A stretch of 64,000 bases of DNA, from the NCBI GenBank assembly GCA_019244185.1, contig JAFATB010000014.1, forward strand, positions 672,001 to 736,000, read 5' to 3'. Of this stretch, positions 1-9,461 are shown in pieces. Source of the DNA: Acidobacteriota bacterium (GTDB lineage Bacteria > Acidobacteriota > Thermoanaerobaculia > Gp7-AA8). The stretch's first letter is position 1; each line of letters starts with the position of its first letter. The position numbers and the translations under genes were made by a program. Below the pieces are notes generated by a model. That model ran no database searches. It was not told where the DNA came from and saw nothing but the letters and a program-made list of their open reading frames with translations.

Positions 1-524
1 TTCTGGTACTGGTACTCGGTGCGGAACGGCTTCGACAGCGGCACGAAGCCGATGCGGCGCACCACGTCCTCGCGCGTCAGCGGCGTGTTGTCCCACAGCT
101 CGTCGTGGCGCGAGAGGCCGGTGCGGTGCGTGACGAGATCGCGGATCGTCACCTGCGACGACGCGCATTCGTCGGCGAGGCGAAAGTACTCGAGATGCTC
201 GCGCACCGGGTCGTCCCACGAGAGCTTCTTCTCGTCGACGAGCATCGCCAGCGCGGCGGTGGTGAACGCCTTCGACGTCGACGCGATCTGGAACAGCGTG
301 TCGGAGGTGACGAGCGCGTTCGTCGTGAAGTCTTTGACGCCGTAGCCGTTCGCGTAGATCACGCGGTCGTTCTGCACGATCGCGATCGCGGCGCCGGGGA
401 TCTTCCACGCGCGCATCGTGTTCGTGACCGCGCGGTCGAGCGTCTTCGCATCGAGACGCTGCTGCTGCGCGAACGCGCCGGCGGCGAAGACACAAACAAC
501 GACAAAGGCGCGAAGCGGACGCAT
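1..524 (-). CDS. Serine hydrolase, beta-lactamase/AmpC-like family (runs off window start)
   Basis: Not in the ORF track. Manual translation from ATG at 524 (ATGA overlap with the permease stop) gives MRPLRAFVVVCVFAAGAFAQ (signal peptide), WKIPGAAIAIV, FQIASTSKAFT (SxxK) and TIRDLVTHRTG. Confidence 0.85.
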   Translation of the reverse strand, partial: MRPLRAFVVVCVFAAGAFAQQQRLDAKTLDRAVTNTMRAWKIPGAAIAIVQNDRVIYANGYGVKDFTTNALVTSDTLFQIASTSKAFTTAALAMLVDEKKLSWDDPVREHLEYFRLADECASSQVTIRDLVTHRTGLSRHDELWDNTPLTREDVVRRIGFVPLSKPFRTEYQYQ

Positions 525-1870
525 CAGTGCATTGTACGCAACGCCCGCCGCGTCAACGCTTCACGTCCGAAGTAGAAGAGGACGCCCGCGGCCATGACGT
601 ACAGCGCGGCGACGCGGAGGTGTTTGTCCGGCGAGACCACGACGTAGCCCCAGAGGCCGAGCGCAACGATGGCCGGCAGCGGATAGAGCCACATGCGGAA
701 CGGCCGCGGGCGGTCCGGCTGGCGCACGCGCAGCACGACCGCGCCGACGATCTGCGCCATGAACGGGATGATCGCGCGGATCGTGAGGATGCCGGCGATG
801 ATGTGCCGGAGCGGCAGCCAGCAGAAGACCGCCGTGACCGCGCCGAGGAAGAGGATGGCCACGAACGGATACGACCCGGTGGCGTGCAGGCGCGCGAAGA
901 TCGCGAAGAAGTTGCGGTCGCGCGCGGCGGCGTAGAGGATCCGCGAGTAGCCGAGCATCACCGAGAAGATCGACGCGAAGCCGGTCCAGAGAATCATCCC
1001 GGAGACCCACTGCGCGGTGCGCGGTCCGGCGAGCACGCGCATGTAGTCGGCGACGACGGAGGTGGACTTCGACGCAACCTCGTACGGCAGCACGGAGATG
1101 ATGCACGCCTGCATGAGGATGTAGAGCGCGGCGATGGCGAGAATGGAGATCACGATGACGCGCGGAATCGTTTTGTGTGCGTCAATGACCTCGTCGCCGA
1201 TGGAGGCGATGTTGTAGTAGCCGAGGTAGTCGTAGACGGCGAAGATCAGCGCGGCGCCGAGTCCGGTGAAACCGGCTTTGCCGTCGAAGCGCGGCGCGGA
1301 CCAGAACGCGAACGCCGACAGCTTGAGATGCGGCAGTCCGGCGGCGATGACGACGGCCATCGTGCCGAGGACGCCGATCCAGAGGATGATCGAGAAGCGC
1401 CCGATCGCGTCGATGCGGCGCAGGAGCAGCACGACGATGGCCGCGCAGATGAGCGTCGCCGCGACGGGGATATGGCCGCCGACGCGCGGCACGATCGGCT
1501 CGAGGTACTGCGCGAAGCCGATGCAGCCCGACGCCATCGAGAGCGGCGCGCTGACGAGGATCTGGAAGAGGAAGAGAAAGGAGAGGAGGCGTCCCGCGCG
1601 GCCGAACGACTCGCGCAGGAAGACGTACGAGCCGCCCGCGTGCGGCATCTGCGATCCGAGCTCCGCGGTGACGATGCCGTCGCAGATGGCGAGCAGTCCC
1701 GCCAGCAGCCACGCCGCCATGCAGCGCGCGCCGCCCATCTTGGCGAGGATCAGCGGCAGCGTGATGAACGGCCCGATCCCGACCATGTCGATCATGTTCA
1801 GCGCGACGCCGCGCCACAGACCGATCTGGCGGGGAAAGGGAGGGTGGGCGGCGGGCGCGGTGGCGGACAT
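524..1870 (-). CDS. APC-family amino acid permease
   Basis: 448 aa with many hydrophobic segments; MVGIGPFIT, AELGSQMPHAGGSYVFL and RPFRMWLYP motifs. Confidence 0.9.
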   Translation of the reverse strand: MSATAPAAHPPFPRQIGLWRGVALNMIDMVGIGPFITLPLILAKMGGARCMAAWLLAGLLAICDGIVTAELGSQMPHAGGSYVFLRESFGRAGRLLSFLFLFQILVSAPLSMASGCIGFAQYLEPIVPRVGGHIPVAATLICAAIVVLLLRRIDAIGRFSIILWIGVLGTMAVVIAAGLPHLKLSAFAFWSAPRFDGKAGFTGLGAALIFAVYDYLGYYNIASIGDEVIDAHKTIPRVIVISILAIAALYILMQACIISVLPYEVASKSTSVVADYMRVLAGPRTAQWVSGMILWTGFASIFSVMLGYSRILYAAARDRNFFAIFARLHATGSYPFVAILFLGAVTAVFCWLPLRHIIAGILTIRAIIPFMAQIVGAVVLRVRQPDRPRPFRMWLYPLPAIVALGLWGYVVVSPDKHLRVAALYVMAAGVLFYFGREALTRRALRTMH

Positions 1871-1937
1871 CGCGGCGGAGTGTAGCGCGGGAGGGAGGCG
1901 GGAGGGGGGGCGGGGGGAAGGCAGAGGGCAGAAGGCT

Positions 1938-2042
1938 GAATGAAGAATGAAGAACGCAGAATGAAGAATTCAGAATGAAGACGCGCCAGGCGGGGTGGCG
2001 GCGTTTCTCAATTCTTCATTCTGCGTTCTGCATTCTTCATTC
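1938..2042. repeat. 33-bp inverted repeat built from GAATGAA-type heptamers
   Basis: 1938-1970 gaatgaagaatgaagaacgcagaatgaagaatt matches the reverse complement of 2010-2042 at 32/33 positions. Confidence 0.85.
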
Positions 2043-2423
2043 GCCTTCCATCAACAACACCATCTCGAAGAGCCGCAAGAGTTCCTCGAAACGCGCGTGC
2101 GGCTTGCGCAGGACCGGCACATTGACGTCGGCATCCAGTGCATCGCGATCGCTGACGAAAATCACCGGCACCGCGGAGCCGATTTCGTGCGCGATATCCA
2201 ATGCGCGTAGATCGGGTAAATCGAGATCGAGAATCAAAACGTCCGGCTGCAGTCTACGGACCGTGTCACTGGTGTCCGAATTCGCAGGAATTACCGAGCA
2301 TTCGAGCTCCATCAGGCGGAAGAACATGTGCAGCATTTCCGCAGCGTCCCGGTCTCCCTCCACGACGGCTACATGCCGGGTTGTGAACAATTCGAGGCCG
2401 GGACTATCCTTGATCGGCTGCAA
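2037..2423 (-). CDS. Stand-alone response regulator receiver (CheY-like) protein
   Basis: VAVVEGD, PDVLILDLDLPD (phosphoacceptor Asp), PVIFVS and RKP receiver motifs. Confidence 0.75.
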   Translation of the reverse strand: MQPIKDSPGLELFTTRHVAVVEGDRDAAEMLHMFFRLMELECSVIPANSDTSDTVRRLQPDVLILDLDLPDLRALDIAHEIGSAVPVIFVSDRDALDADVNVPVLRKPHARFEELLRLFEMVLLMEGE

Positions 2424-2429
2424 TGGCTG

Positions 2430-2651
2430 CTACTCGTCTTCCCCTTCCAGATCGAACAACTCGAAGGCGCGCACTTCCTCGCCCGACAGCCGCCGGCATG
2501 CCGCCGCAATGGCGGCAATACAGCGCCGCGTCGGTTCCATACGCCCCATCCGAATCCGCAGAAGATGCTGGCGGCTGTATCCCGACTCCCGCGCAAGGTG
2601 CGCCGGCTTGATCCCTCTGCTCTTCAAAAACGATTCGAGGCGTGTGGCCAT
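2430..2651 (-). CDS. Small XRE/Cro-like HTH regulator
   Basis: MATRLESFLKSRGIKPAHLARESGYSRQHLLRIRMGRMEPT fits the HTH_XRE pattern. Confidence 0.8.
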   Translation of the reverse strand: MATRLESFLKSRGIKPAHLARESGYSRQHLLRIRMGRMEPTRRCIAAIAAACRRLSGEEVRAFELFDLEGEDE

Positions 2652-2665
2652 GTGCAATATTCTGC

Positions 2666-2694
2666 ATAGTAGGCAGGTGCAGGATGGATGTCAA
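2666..2694 (-). promoter_or_regulatory. sigma70-type promoter of the Cro-like gene
   Basis: Minus strand TTGACA (2694-2689), 17-nt spacer, TACTAT (2671-2666), 15 nt upstream of ATG 2651. Confidence 0.7.
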
Positions 2695-2995
2695 TCCGCA
2701 AGTGCACAAATCGTCCACTGCGGCGCAACATAGTGCGCAAGCTACAGTAAAGATTTGACTTGCGCATAGTCGCGCAAACGTTCCATTTCGCGCCCACCTC
2801 CAATCCCCCCTTGTTCTACGGGGGGTGGAAATGTGCTCTGGCGTCACACCGTGTGCGAGAGTGTGCGTGCATGAAGTGACCGGCACCCCGAGTTCGCACT
2901 GAGCGGCCGCACTCTCGCTGCCCTCGGATCCGGTTCCTCCACAGTGTTCCTTGGCCGTCGTACGACTCTGGTGAGAAGTAACTTTTAAGTGTCTA

Positions 2996-3820
2996 ATGTC
3001 TGACGCCCTTATGCTCGGCGAAACTGTTCGGCAAGCACGCATTAAAAAGAACCTGACGCAGGCTCGACTGGCGAAGCTTGCCGGCGTCAGCCGCCGCCAT
3101 CTCGCCGCCCTCGAAAAGGGCGCGAATGTCTCCGTCAACATCCTCCAGCGCGTCGCCAACGTCCTGGAACTGACGGAGATCCCGCTCGGCGACCTCTCCT
3201 TGCGTTCGCAGGAAAACGAGCGCAACGTGAACGTCCCGCTCCTCACCGACACGATCCGCGAAGCCCGCGCGGAAGCGGAACGCGCACAGGCGATCCTCTC
3301 GCGCGCGGAATCGCTCCTCGGCCTGCGCGAAGCGTCCAACGGCACGACGCCGCTGATCCAGGTCGCCTTTCCGCGCATGCCCGTGCGCCGCATCACGCCG
3401 CCGCCCGGCATCACCGTCGGCGTCGACATCCTCCGCGAACGCCCCGACTACGCGGAGATCGAGACCGCCGGCGAGATCCGCCACGGCGAGCCGATCGACG
3501 AGACGAAGCGCGAGAAGGTCGCCATCCCGCAGTCGCTGCTCGAAGACGGCGAGATCATCTTCCGCGCGCGCGGCGACGGTCTGCGCGATCAGGGCATCGA
3601 AGACGGCGATCTGCTGGTGGTTGAATTGCGCGCGCGCGGCCGTGCCGCGAACGGCGAGCTCGTCATCGGCCGCATCGGCAAACAGGTGTTCGTCGGCCGC
3701 TGGTGGCAGAAGCACGGACAGAAAGCATTGATGTCCAACGGTCTCTCCGAGGTCACGGTGGGACGCTCGGCGCGCTCGCTGAAAATCGTGGCCGCGATCA
3801 ATCAGATTGTGAGGATGTAG
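2996..3820 (+). CDS. XRE-HTH + S24 (LexA/cI-like) domain regulator, catalytic residues apparently lost
   Basis: N-terminal LTQARLAKLAGVSRRHLAALEKG HTH; C-terminal FRARGDGLRDQGIEDGDLLVV and NGELVIG resemble the LexA S24 domain. Confidence 0.8.
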   Translation: MSDALMLGETVRQARIKKNLTQARLAKLAGVSRRHLAALEKGANVSVNILQRVANVLELTEIPLGDLSLRSQENERNVNVPLLTDTIREARAEAERAQAILSRAESLLGLREASNGTTPLIQVAFPRMPVRRITPPPGITVGVDILRERPDYAEIETAGEIRHGEPIDETKREKVAIPQSLLEDGEIIFRARGDGLRDQGIEDGDLLVVELRARGRAANGELVIGRIGKQVFVGRWWQKHGQKALMSNGLSEVTVGRSARSLKIVAAINQIVRM

Positions 3821-3851
3821 CGCGCGTTCGCCGTTATAGGATTTGCGGGCC

Positions 3852-5918
3852 ATGAAACCGCTCATCCCCGCACTCGCGCTCGTTCTCGCCGTTTCCTGCG
3901 CCACCGCTCCGAAAGCGCCGCCGGTCGTGGAAGCGCCGCGTCCGAAGCCGCTCCTCGGCGAGCACGGCTTCGACCTCACGCAGATCGATCGTTCCGTCAG
4001 CCCGTGCGACAACTTCTATGACTATGCGACCGCGGGCTGGCGCAAGACCAATCCGCTGCCGTCGACGTACTCGCGCTTCGGCCGTTTCGAGGAAGTGGCG
4101 GATCGCAACCGCGCGACGCTGCGCTCGATCCTCGAGGCATCGGCGAAAGAGACGAATGCGGCGCCCGGATCGAACACGCAGAAGATCGGCGACTTCTGGT
4201 CCGCGTGCATGAACGAGACGCTCATCGAGCAGCAGGGCGCCGGACCGATTCAGCCGTCGCTCGACCGCATCAACGCGATCAACTCGCGCACGGATGTCGT
4301 GGCCGAGGTGCGCCGCGAGAAGCTCGCCGGCATCAACTCGCTGTTCCGCTTCGGCGCGCAGAACGACTTCAAGAACAGCCAGCAGATCATCGCCGGCATC
4401 GGCCAGGGCGGACTCGGACTGCCCGACCGCGACTACTACCTGCGCGATGACGGCACGTTCAAGACGACGCGCCAGCAGTACGCGGCGCACATCGCGAAGA
4501 TGTTCGCGCTCGCGGGCGTGTCCGCCGCGCAGGCGCAGACCGACGCCGATCGCGTGGTCTCGCTGGAGACGCAGCTCGCGCAGGCGTCGATGGCGCGCGT
4601 CGAACAGCGCAATCCCGAAAACATCTACCATATCACGCCGGTCGCCGACCTGCAGACGCTCGCGCCGCAGCTCGACCTGCCGTCGCTCTTCACGGCCGCG
4701 GGACTGCAGGACCTGCGCTCGGTCAACGTCGCGCAGCCCGACTACTTTCGCGAAGTGAATCGCCTGCTCGATGAAGCGCCGGTCGAGACGTGGAAGGCGT
4801 ACCTGCGCTGGAAGGTCATCGACGACGCGGCGCCGCTACTGTCGTCGCCGTTCGTGAACGAGGACTTCGCGTTCCGCGGCGTGACGCTCTCCGGCCAGAA
4901 GGAAATCCAGCCGCGCTGGCAGCGCTGCGTGCGCGCCGCCGATGAGAACATCGGCGAGATTCTCGGCCAGGAGTACGTGAAGCGCGCGTTCACTCCCGAA
5001 GCGAAAGCGAAGATGAACGCGCTCATCGACAACCTCGTCTCCGCGCTGCGCGAGGACATCCCGACGCTCACGTGGATGGGACCCGAGACGAAGCGCGCCG
5101 CGCTCGAGAAGCTCGACGCGTTCCGCCGCCGCATCGGCTATCCCGACAAGTGGATCGACTACACGAACCTGCAGATTGGCCACGACTCGTACGCGCAGAA
5201 CGTCTTCGCCGCGAACACGTTCGCCGTGCGCCGCGCGTCGGGCCGCATCGGCAAGCCGGACGATCCGAATGAATGGGGCTTCTTCACGCCGTCGACCGTC
5301 AACGCCGGCTACAACCCGCCGCAGAACAACATCACGTTCCCGGCCGGCATCCTCCAGCCGCCGTTCTACGATCCGAACGCCGACGACGCGTACAACTACG
5401 GCGGCATCGGCGTCGTCATCGGTCACGAGATGACGCACGGCTTCGACGATCAGGGCGCGAAGTTCGATCCGCAGGGCAACCTGCGCAACTGGTGGACCGA
5501 CGCGGACCTCAAGAATTTCCAGCAGCGCGCCGCCTGCATCGCGAACACGTACGGCGCGTTCCCCGTCGAAGCCAACATCAATCTGCAGGGCAAGCTCGTC
5601 ACCGGCGAAGCCATCGCGGACCTCGGCGGCGCGACGATCGCACTGCGCGCGTACGAGAAGTCGCTGCAGGGACACGATCGCCAGGTGATCGACGGCTTCA
5701 CGCCCGAGCAGCGCTTCTTCCTCGGCTTCGCGCAGGTCTGGGCGCAAAACATGGCCCCTGAAGAGGCGCGGCGCCGCGCGCTCACCGACCCGCATGCGCC
5801 CGGTCCCGCGCGCGTGAACCTCACCGTGCAGAACATGCCGGAGTTCGCCGACGCGTGGAACTGCCCGGCCGGCGCGAAGATGACGCGGCCGGCAGGGGAG
5901 CGGTGCTCGATCTGGTGA
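3852..5918 (+). CDS. M13 family (neprilysin/PepO-like) zinc metallopeptidase, lipoprotein
   Basis: Lipobox LAVSC; SPCDNFYDYA, VNAGYNP, FPAGILQPPFY, GHEMTHGFDDQG (HExxH) and GEAIADLGG. Confidence 0.95.
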   Translation: MKPLIPALALVLAVSCATAPKAPPVVEAPRPKPLLGEHGFDLTQIDRSVSPCDNFYDYATAGWRKTNPLPSTYSRFGRFEEVADRNRATLRSILEASAKETNAAPGSNTQKIGDFWSACMNETLIEQQGAGPIQPSLDRINAINSRTDVVAEVRREKLAGINSLFRFGAQNDFKNSQQIIAGIGQGGLGLPDRDYYLRDDGTFKTTRQQYAAHIAKMFALAGVSAAQAQTDADRVVSLETQLAQASMARVEQRNPENIYHITPVADLQTLAPQLDLPSLFTAAGLQDLRSVNVAQPDYFREVNRLLDEAPVETWKAYLRWKVIDDAAPLLSSPFVNEDFAFRGVTLSGQKEIQPRWQRCVRAADENIGEILGQEYVKRAFTPEAKAKMNALIDNLVSALREDIPTLTWMGPETKRAALEKLDAFRRRIGYPDKWIDYTNLQIGHDSYAQNVFAANTFAVRRASGRIGKPDDPNEWGFFTPSTVNAGYNPPQNNITFPAGILQPPFYDPNADDAYNYGGIGVVIGHEMTHGFDDQGAKFDPQGNLRNWWTDADLKNFQQRAACIANTYGAFPVEANINLQGKLVTGEAIADLGGATIALRAYEKSLQGHDRQVIDGFTPEQRFFLGFAQVWAQNMAPEEARRRALTDPHAPGPARVNLTVQNMPEFADAWNCPAGAKMTRPAGERCSIW

Positions 5919-7324
5919 ACGAAGCGCGTCCGCTGGAGCCGTCCGCGGACGAAATGCGCACGCTCGTCGATGCGGCCATGCGCCGCATCGTCGCGCACAT
6001 CGAGTCGCTGCCGTCGCAGCCGGCGATGAACGTCGACGGCGCGACGGACTACGCGCGCACGCTGATCGAGCCGTTGCCGTCGCATGGCAGCGACTACGAA
6101 AAGCTGCTCGACTTCCTCTTCGACGAAGCGATCCCGCGGTCGTTCACGGCCGCCGGTCCCGGCTACCTCGCGTACGTGCCGGGCGGCGGGCTCTTTCACT
6201 CCGCGATCGCGGACCTCATCGCCGACGCGGTGAACCGCTACGTCGGCGTCTGCGCCGCCGCGCCCGCGCTCGTGCAGCTCGAGACGAACGTGATCCGCTG
6301 GTTTGCGGAGATCGCCGGCTATCCGCGCGGCGCGAGCGGCGTGCTCACGAGCGGCGGCTCGCTCGCGAACTTCACCGCCATCGTCACCGCGAGGAAGGCG
6401 TTATTGCCGGACGACTTCCTGCGCGGCACGCTCTATTGCTCGCAGCAGGTCCATCATTCGTTTCAGAAGGCCGCGAATCTGGCCGGCTTTCCATACGGCA
6501 ACATCCGCGAAGTGCCGGTCGATGCGGAGTTCCGGATCCGCATCGATGCGCTCGAAGAGGCGATCGCGCGCGACCGCGCGGCAGGCTGGACGCCGTTCCT
6601 CGTCGCCGGCAGCGCGGGCACGACGCCGACCGGGGCGGTGGACGATCTCGAGGCGCTCGCGCGCGTCGCGAAACGCGAGTCGCTCTGGTTTCACGTCGAC
6701 GGAGCGTACGGCGCGTTCTTCCGCCTCACGGACCGCGGACGTGAGACGTTGCGCGGCCTCGAGCAGTCCGACTCGCTGATCCTCGATCCGCACAAGACGC
6801 TGTTCCTGCCGTTCGGCACCGGCGCGCTGCTCGTGCGCGACGCGCACGCGCTGCGCCGCGCGCATTCATCGCACGCCGATTACCTGCCGGACATGCAGCA
6901 GGAGGACGAACTGGTCGACTTCTGCGAGATCTCGCCGGAGCTCTCGCGCGACTTTCGCGGCCTGCGCGTCTGGCTGCCGCTGAAGCTCTTCGGCATCGAA
7001 GTCTTCCGCGAGCAACTCGATGAGAAGCTCGATCTGACCGCGTATGCGGTGGATGGTCTGCGGGCGATCGACGGCATCGAGATCGTCGCCGAGCCGCAGC
7101 TGACGATCGCCGCGTTTCGCCTCTTGGTCGAAGGCCGCGATCCCGAAGAGCTGAACCGCGAGCTGCTCGCGCGCATCAACGCGAAGAAGCGCGTGATGCT
7201 GACGCCGGCGATTCTCGACGGCCGCTTCGTGATTCGCATCGCGATCGTTTCGCACCGCACGCACCGCGACCGCGTCGACATGCTGCTCGAAGACGTGCGC
7301 GCCGCGGTCGAGTCGCTGCGATGA
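5915..7324 (+). CDS. PLP-dependent group II amino acid decarboxylase
   Basis: GVLTSGGSLAN, WFHVDGAYG and DPHKTLF (PLP lysine); GTG start overlaps the peptidase stop. Confidence 0.9.
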   Translation: MNEARPLEPSADEMRTLVDAAMRRIVAHIESLPSQPAMNVDGATDYARTLIEPLPSHGSDYEKLLDFLFDEAIPRSFTAAGPGYLAYVPGGGLFHSAIADLIADAVNRYVGVCAAAPALVQLETNVIRWFAEIAGYPRGASGVLTSGGSLANFTAIVTARKALLPDDFLRGTLYCSQQVHHSFQKAANLAGFPYGNIREVPVDAEFRIRIDALEEAIARDRAAGWTPFLVAGSAGTTPTGAVDDLEALARVAKRESLWFHVDGAYGAFFRLTDRGRETLRGLEQSDSLILDPHKTLFLPFGTGALLVRDAHALRRAHSSHADYLPDMQQEDELVDFCEISPELSRDFRGLRVWLPLKLFGIEVFREQLDEKLDLTAYAVDGLRAIDGIEIVAEPQLTIAAFRLLVEGRDPEELNRELLARINAKKRVMLTPAILDGRFVIRIAIVSHRTHRDRVDMLLEDVRAAVESLR

Positions 7325-8202
7325 ACCGCGCGGCGATGGCGTCGATCGTCGTCGCGCTCGCGCTCTTCATCTACTTTCGCCCGCTCAGCGTCTACTTCGG
7401 CGCGCGACGCGTGTATCTCTGCGCGATCGGCATGCGCGGTCACGACGCGAACGTCGGCGGCCATCGCATCCACTACCTCGCCGGCGGTGACGGTCCGCCG
7501 CTCGTGCTCGTGCATGGCGTGGCGATGCGCGCCGAGGATTGGGCGCCGCTCGTGCGTCCGCTGCTCCGTTCGCATCGCGTCTACATCCCCGATCTCCTCG
7601 GATACGGCGACTCCGACAAGCCGCCGGCCGCCGACTACGCGATCGCGGCGCAGGCAGAGCGCGTGCGCGGACTGCTCGACGCGCTGCGCCTCGAACGCGC
7701 GGACGTGATGGGCGTGTCGATGGGCGGCTGGGTTTCGCTCGCGCTCGCGGCGTCGCATCCCGAACGCGTGCGGCGGCTCGTCCTGATCTCCAGCGCCGGC
7801 CTGCGCTTCCGGACGTCGCTGCGCGAGACGACGTTCTCGCCGCGGAGCATTGACGAACTGCGCGCGAGCCTCGCGCTGCAGACGGATCGCGCCGGACGGC
7901 TGCCGTCGTTCGTGCTGCGCGACTTTCTGCGCCGCTCGCGCGAGAAGGCGTGGATCGTCACGGCGTCGATGCACGCGATGTTCACCGGACGCGATCTCCT
8001 CGATGGCAAACTGCAGCGCGTGCGCATGCCGGTGCTGCTCGTCTGGGGCACCGCCGATCGCATCGTGCCGTACTCCGTCGCGTTGCAGATGCAGCGCGAG
8101 CTTCCGCAAGCGCGGCTCATCACCGCGCGCGGTTGCGGACATCTCGCGGTGATCGAATGCCGCGCGCAGATCGTGCCGCCGATCCGCGAGTTTCTACGTT
8201 AG
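7321..8202 (+). CDS. Alpha/beta fold hydrolase
   Basis: LVLVHG, PDLLGYGDS, GVSMGG nucleophile elbow, WGTADRIV and CGHL. Confidence 0.9.
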   Translation: MNRAAMASIVVALALFIYFRPLSVYFGARRVYLCAIGMRGHDANVGGHRIHYLAGGDGPPLVLVHGVAMRAEDWAPLVRPLLRSHRVYIPDLLGYGDSDKPPAADYAIAAQAERVRGLLDALRLERADVMGVSMGGWVSLALAASHPERVRRLVLISSAGLRFRTSLRETTFSPRSIDELRASLALQTDRAGRLPSFVLRDFLRRSREKAWIVTASMHAMFTGRDLLDGKLQRVRMPVLLVWGTADRIVPYSVALQMQRELPQARLITARGCGHLAVIECRAQIVPPIREFLR

Positions 8203-9402
8203 ATGCGACGGCAAGCGCGGCGAGGAGAGGAGCTCGGCGAAGACGCTCCAGCGTTTCGCGCGGTCGCCTTCCGCGCGGCGCTCGACGTAGTTGCGGACGA
8301 GATCCTTGCCGAGGTTGTAGTTGATGACGTAGGAGCGATATTGGTCGAAGAACGTCACGCGCTGGCGTGCGCGCGCGGGCGCCATGAGCGCGTACATCGT
8401 CAGCCATTCGGCCGCGGCGCCGGCGTCGATCTCGCCGTCGAGGTAGCGCCGCGCGGCCTCGTTGCCGGCGTAGCCGGTGCGCGCGACCAACTCGTGCACG
8501 CGGTAGTACTGCGCGGCACGCGCGCCGTCGAGTCCCGCGATCGGGAAGAGCGTCTCCGCTTCCATCGCCACGCGCTCGTCGGCGGGAAAGGCGACGTCGA
8601 TGCCGTAGTTCGCGCTCCCTTCGGCGATGAGCGATTGCGGTGAGAACAGCGCGTAGACGGAGAACTCCGGCCAGCCGCGGTCGCGCACGAGCGTCTTCTC
8701 GAGCAGGGCGTTGTAGACGTGATGTCCGGGATAGCCTTCGTGACACGCGAGATCGATGGCGCGGTCGATGAAGATCGGCAGGTCGGTGTTGACCTGGATG
8801 AGGCTGCGGAAGTTGCCCTGGTACCAGTTGTAGCCGCTCCACGCTTTGTCGTTCACGTATTCGACGGTGAACGTCTCGCCGACCGGCAGCGCGATCTCGT
8901 CGGCGGTGCGCGCGCGGCAGACGTCGATCGCGGCGCGGAAGACGTCGTCGAGCTTTTCGCGCGGAATCACGAACTGCATGCGGAACGCTTCGACACGCTC
9001 GACGAGCGCGCCGTCGCCGGGGAGCTCGGCTTCGATCGCCGCATTCAGCGCGCGGAAGTAATCTTCGCCGTGCGTCGGCGCGACGGCGTCGTAGAGAGCG
9101 CGCGACTCGTCATCGAACCGCAGCGTCGCGCCCTGAAGAATTTCCGCGCGCGCGATGAGCGCGTCGGTCTGACGGCGGAGATAATCGAGGCGCAGCGCTT
9201 CGACGTTGTGCTGTGGCCGCGCGATACCTTCGAGCGTTCCGCGCAACGCGCGCGCATCGGCGAGGATCGCGTCGAGCGTGCGCTTCTCCGCACGCACTTC
9301 GTCGCGCCATTCCGCGGGACCGTAGAAGGCGTCGACATAGTCGGAGTCGTGCTCGCCCATGGCCAGGACGAGCTTCACGTAGCGCTGCGCCGCATCGTTC
9401 AT
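8194..9402 (-). CDS. DUF885-like putative zinc-binding protein
   Basis: ACHEGYPGHH and IAEGSANY motifs; probable start MNDAAQRY at 9402. Confidence 0.6.
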   Translation of the reverse strand: MNDAAQRYVKLVLAMGEHDSDYVDAFYGPAEWRDEVRAEKRTLDAILADARALRGTLEGIARPQHNVEALRLDYLRRQTDALIARAEILQGATLRFDDESRALYDAVAPTHGEDYFRALNAAIEAELPGDGALVERVEAFRMQFVIPREKLDDVFRAAIDVCRARTADEIALPVGETFTVEYVNDKAWSGYNWYQGNFRSLIQVNTDLPIFIDRAIDLACHEGYPGHHVYNALLEKTLVRDRGWPEFSVYALFSPQSLIAEGSANYGIDVAFPADERVAMEAETLFPIAGLDGARAAQYYRVHELVARTGYAGNEAARRYLDGEIDAGAAAEWLTMYALMAPARARQRVTFFDQYRSYVINYNLGKDLVRNYVERRAEGDRAKRWSVFAELLSSPRLPSHLT

Positions 9403-9461
9403 GGCGCGGGAATCTAACATCCGCCCGCGCCGAGGGCACGCTTTTCGCGTCGCGTGGCGGC

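Noticed and set aside
2037-3820. Prophage
   Set aside because: No integrase, replication, structural or lysis genes; the flanks are a permease and a peptidase.
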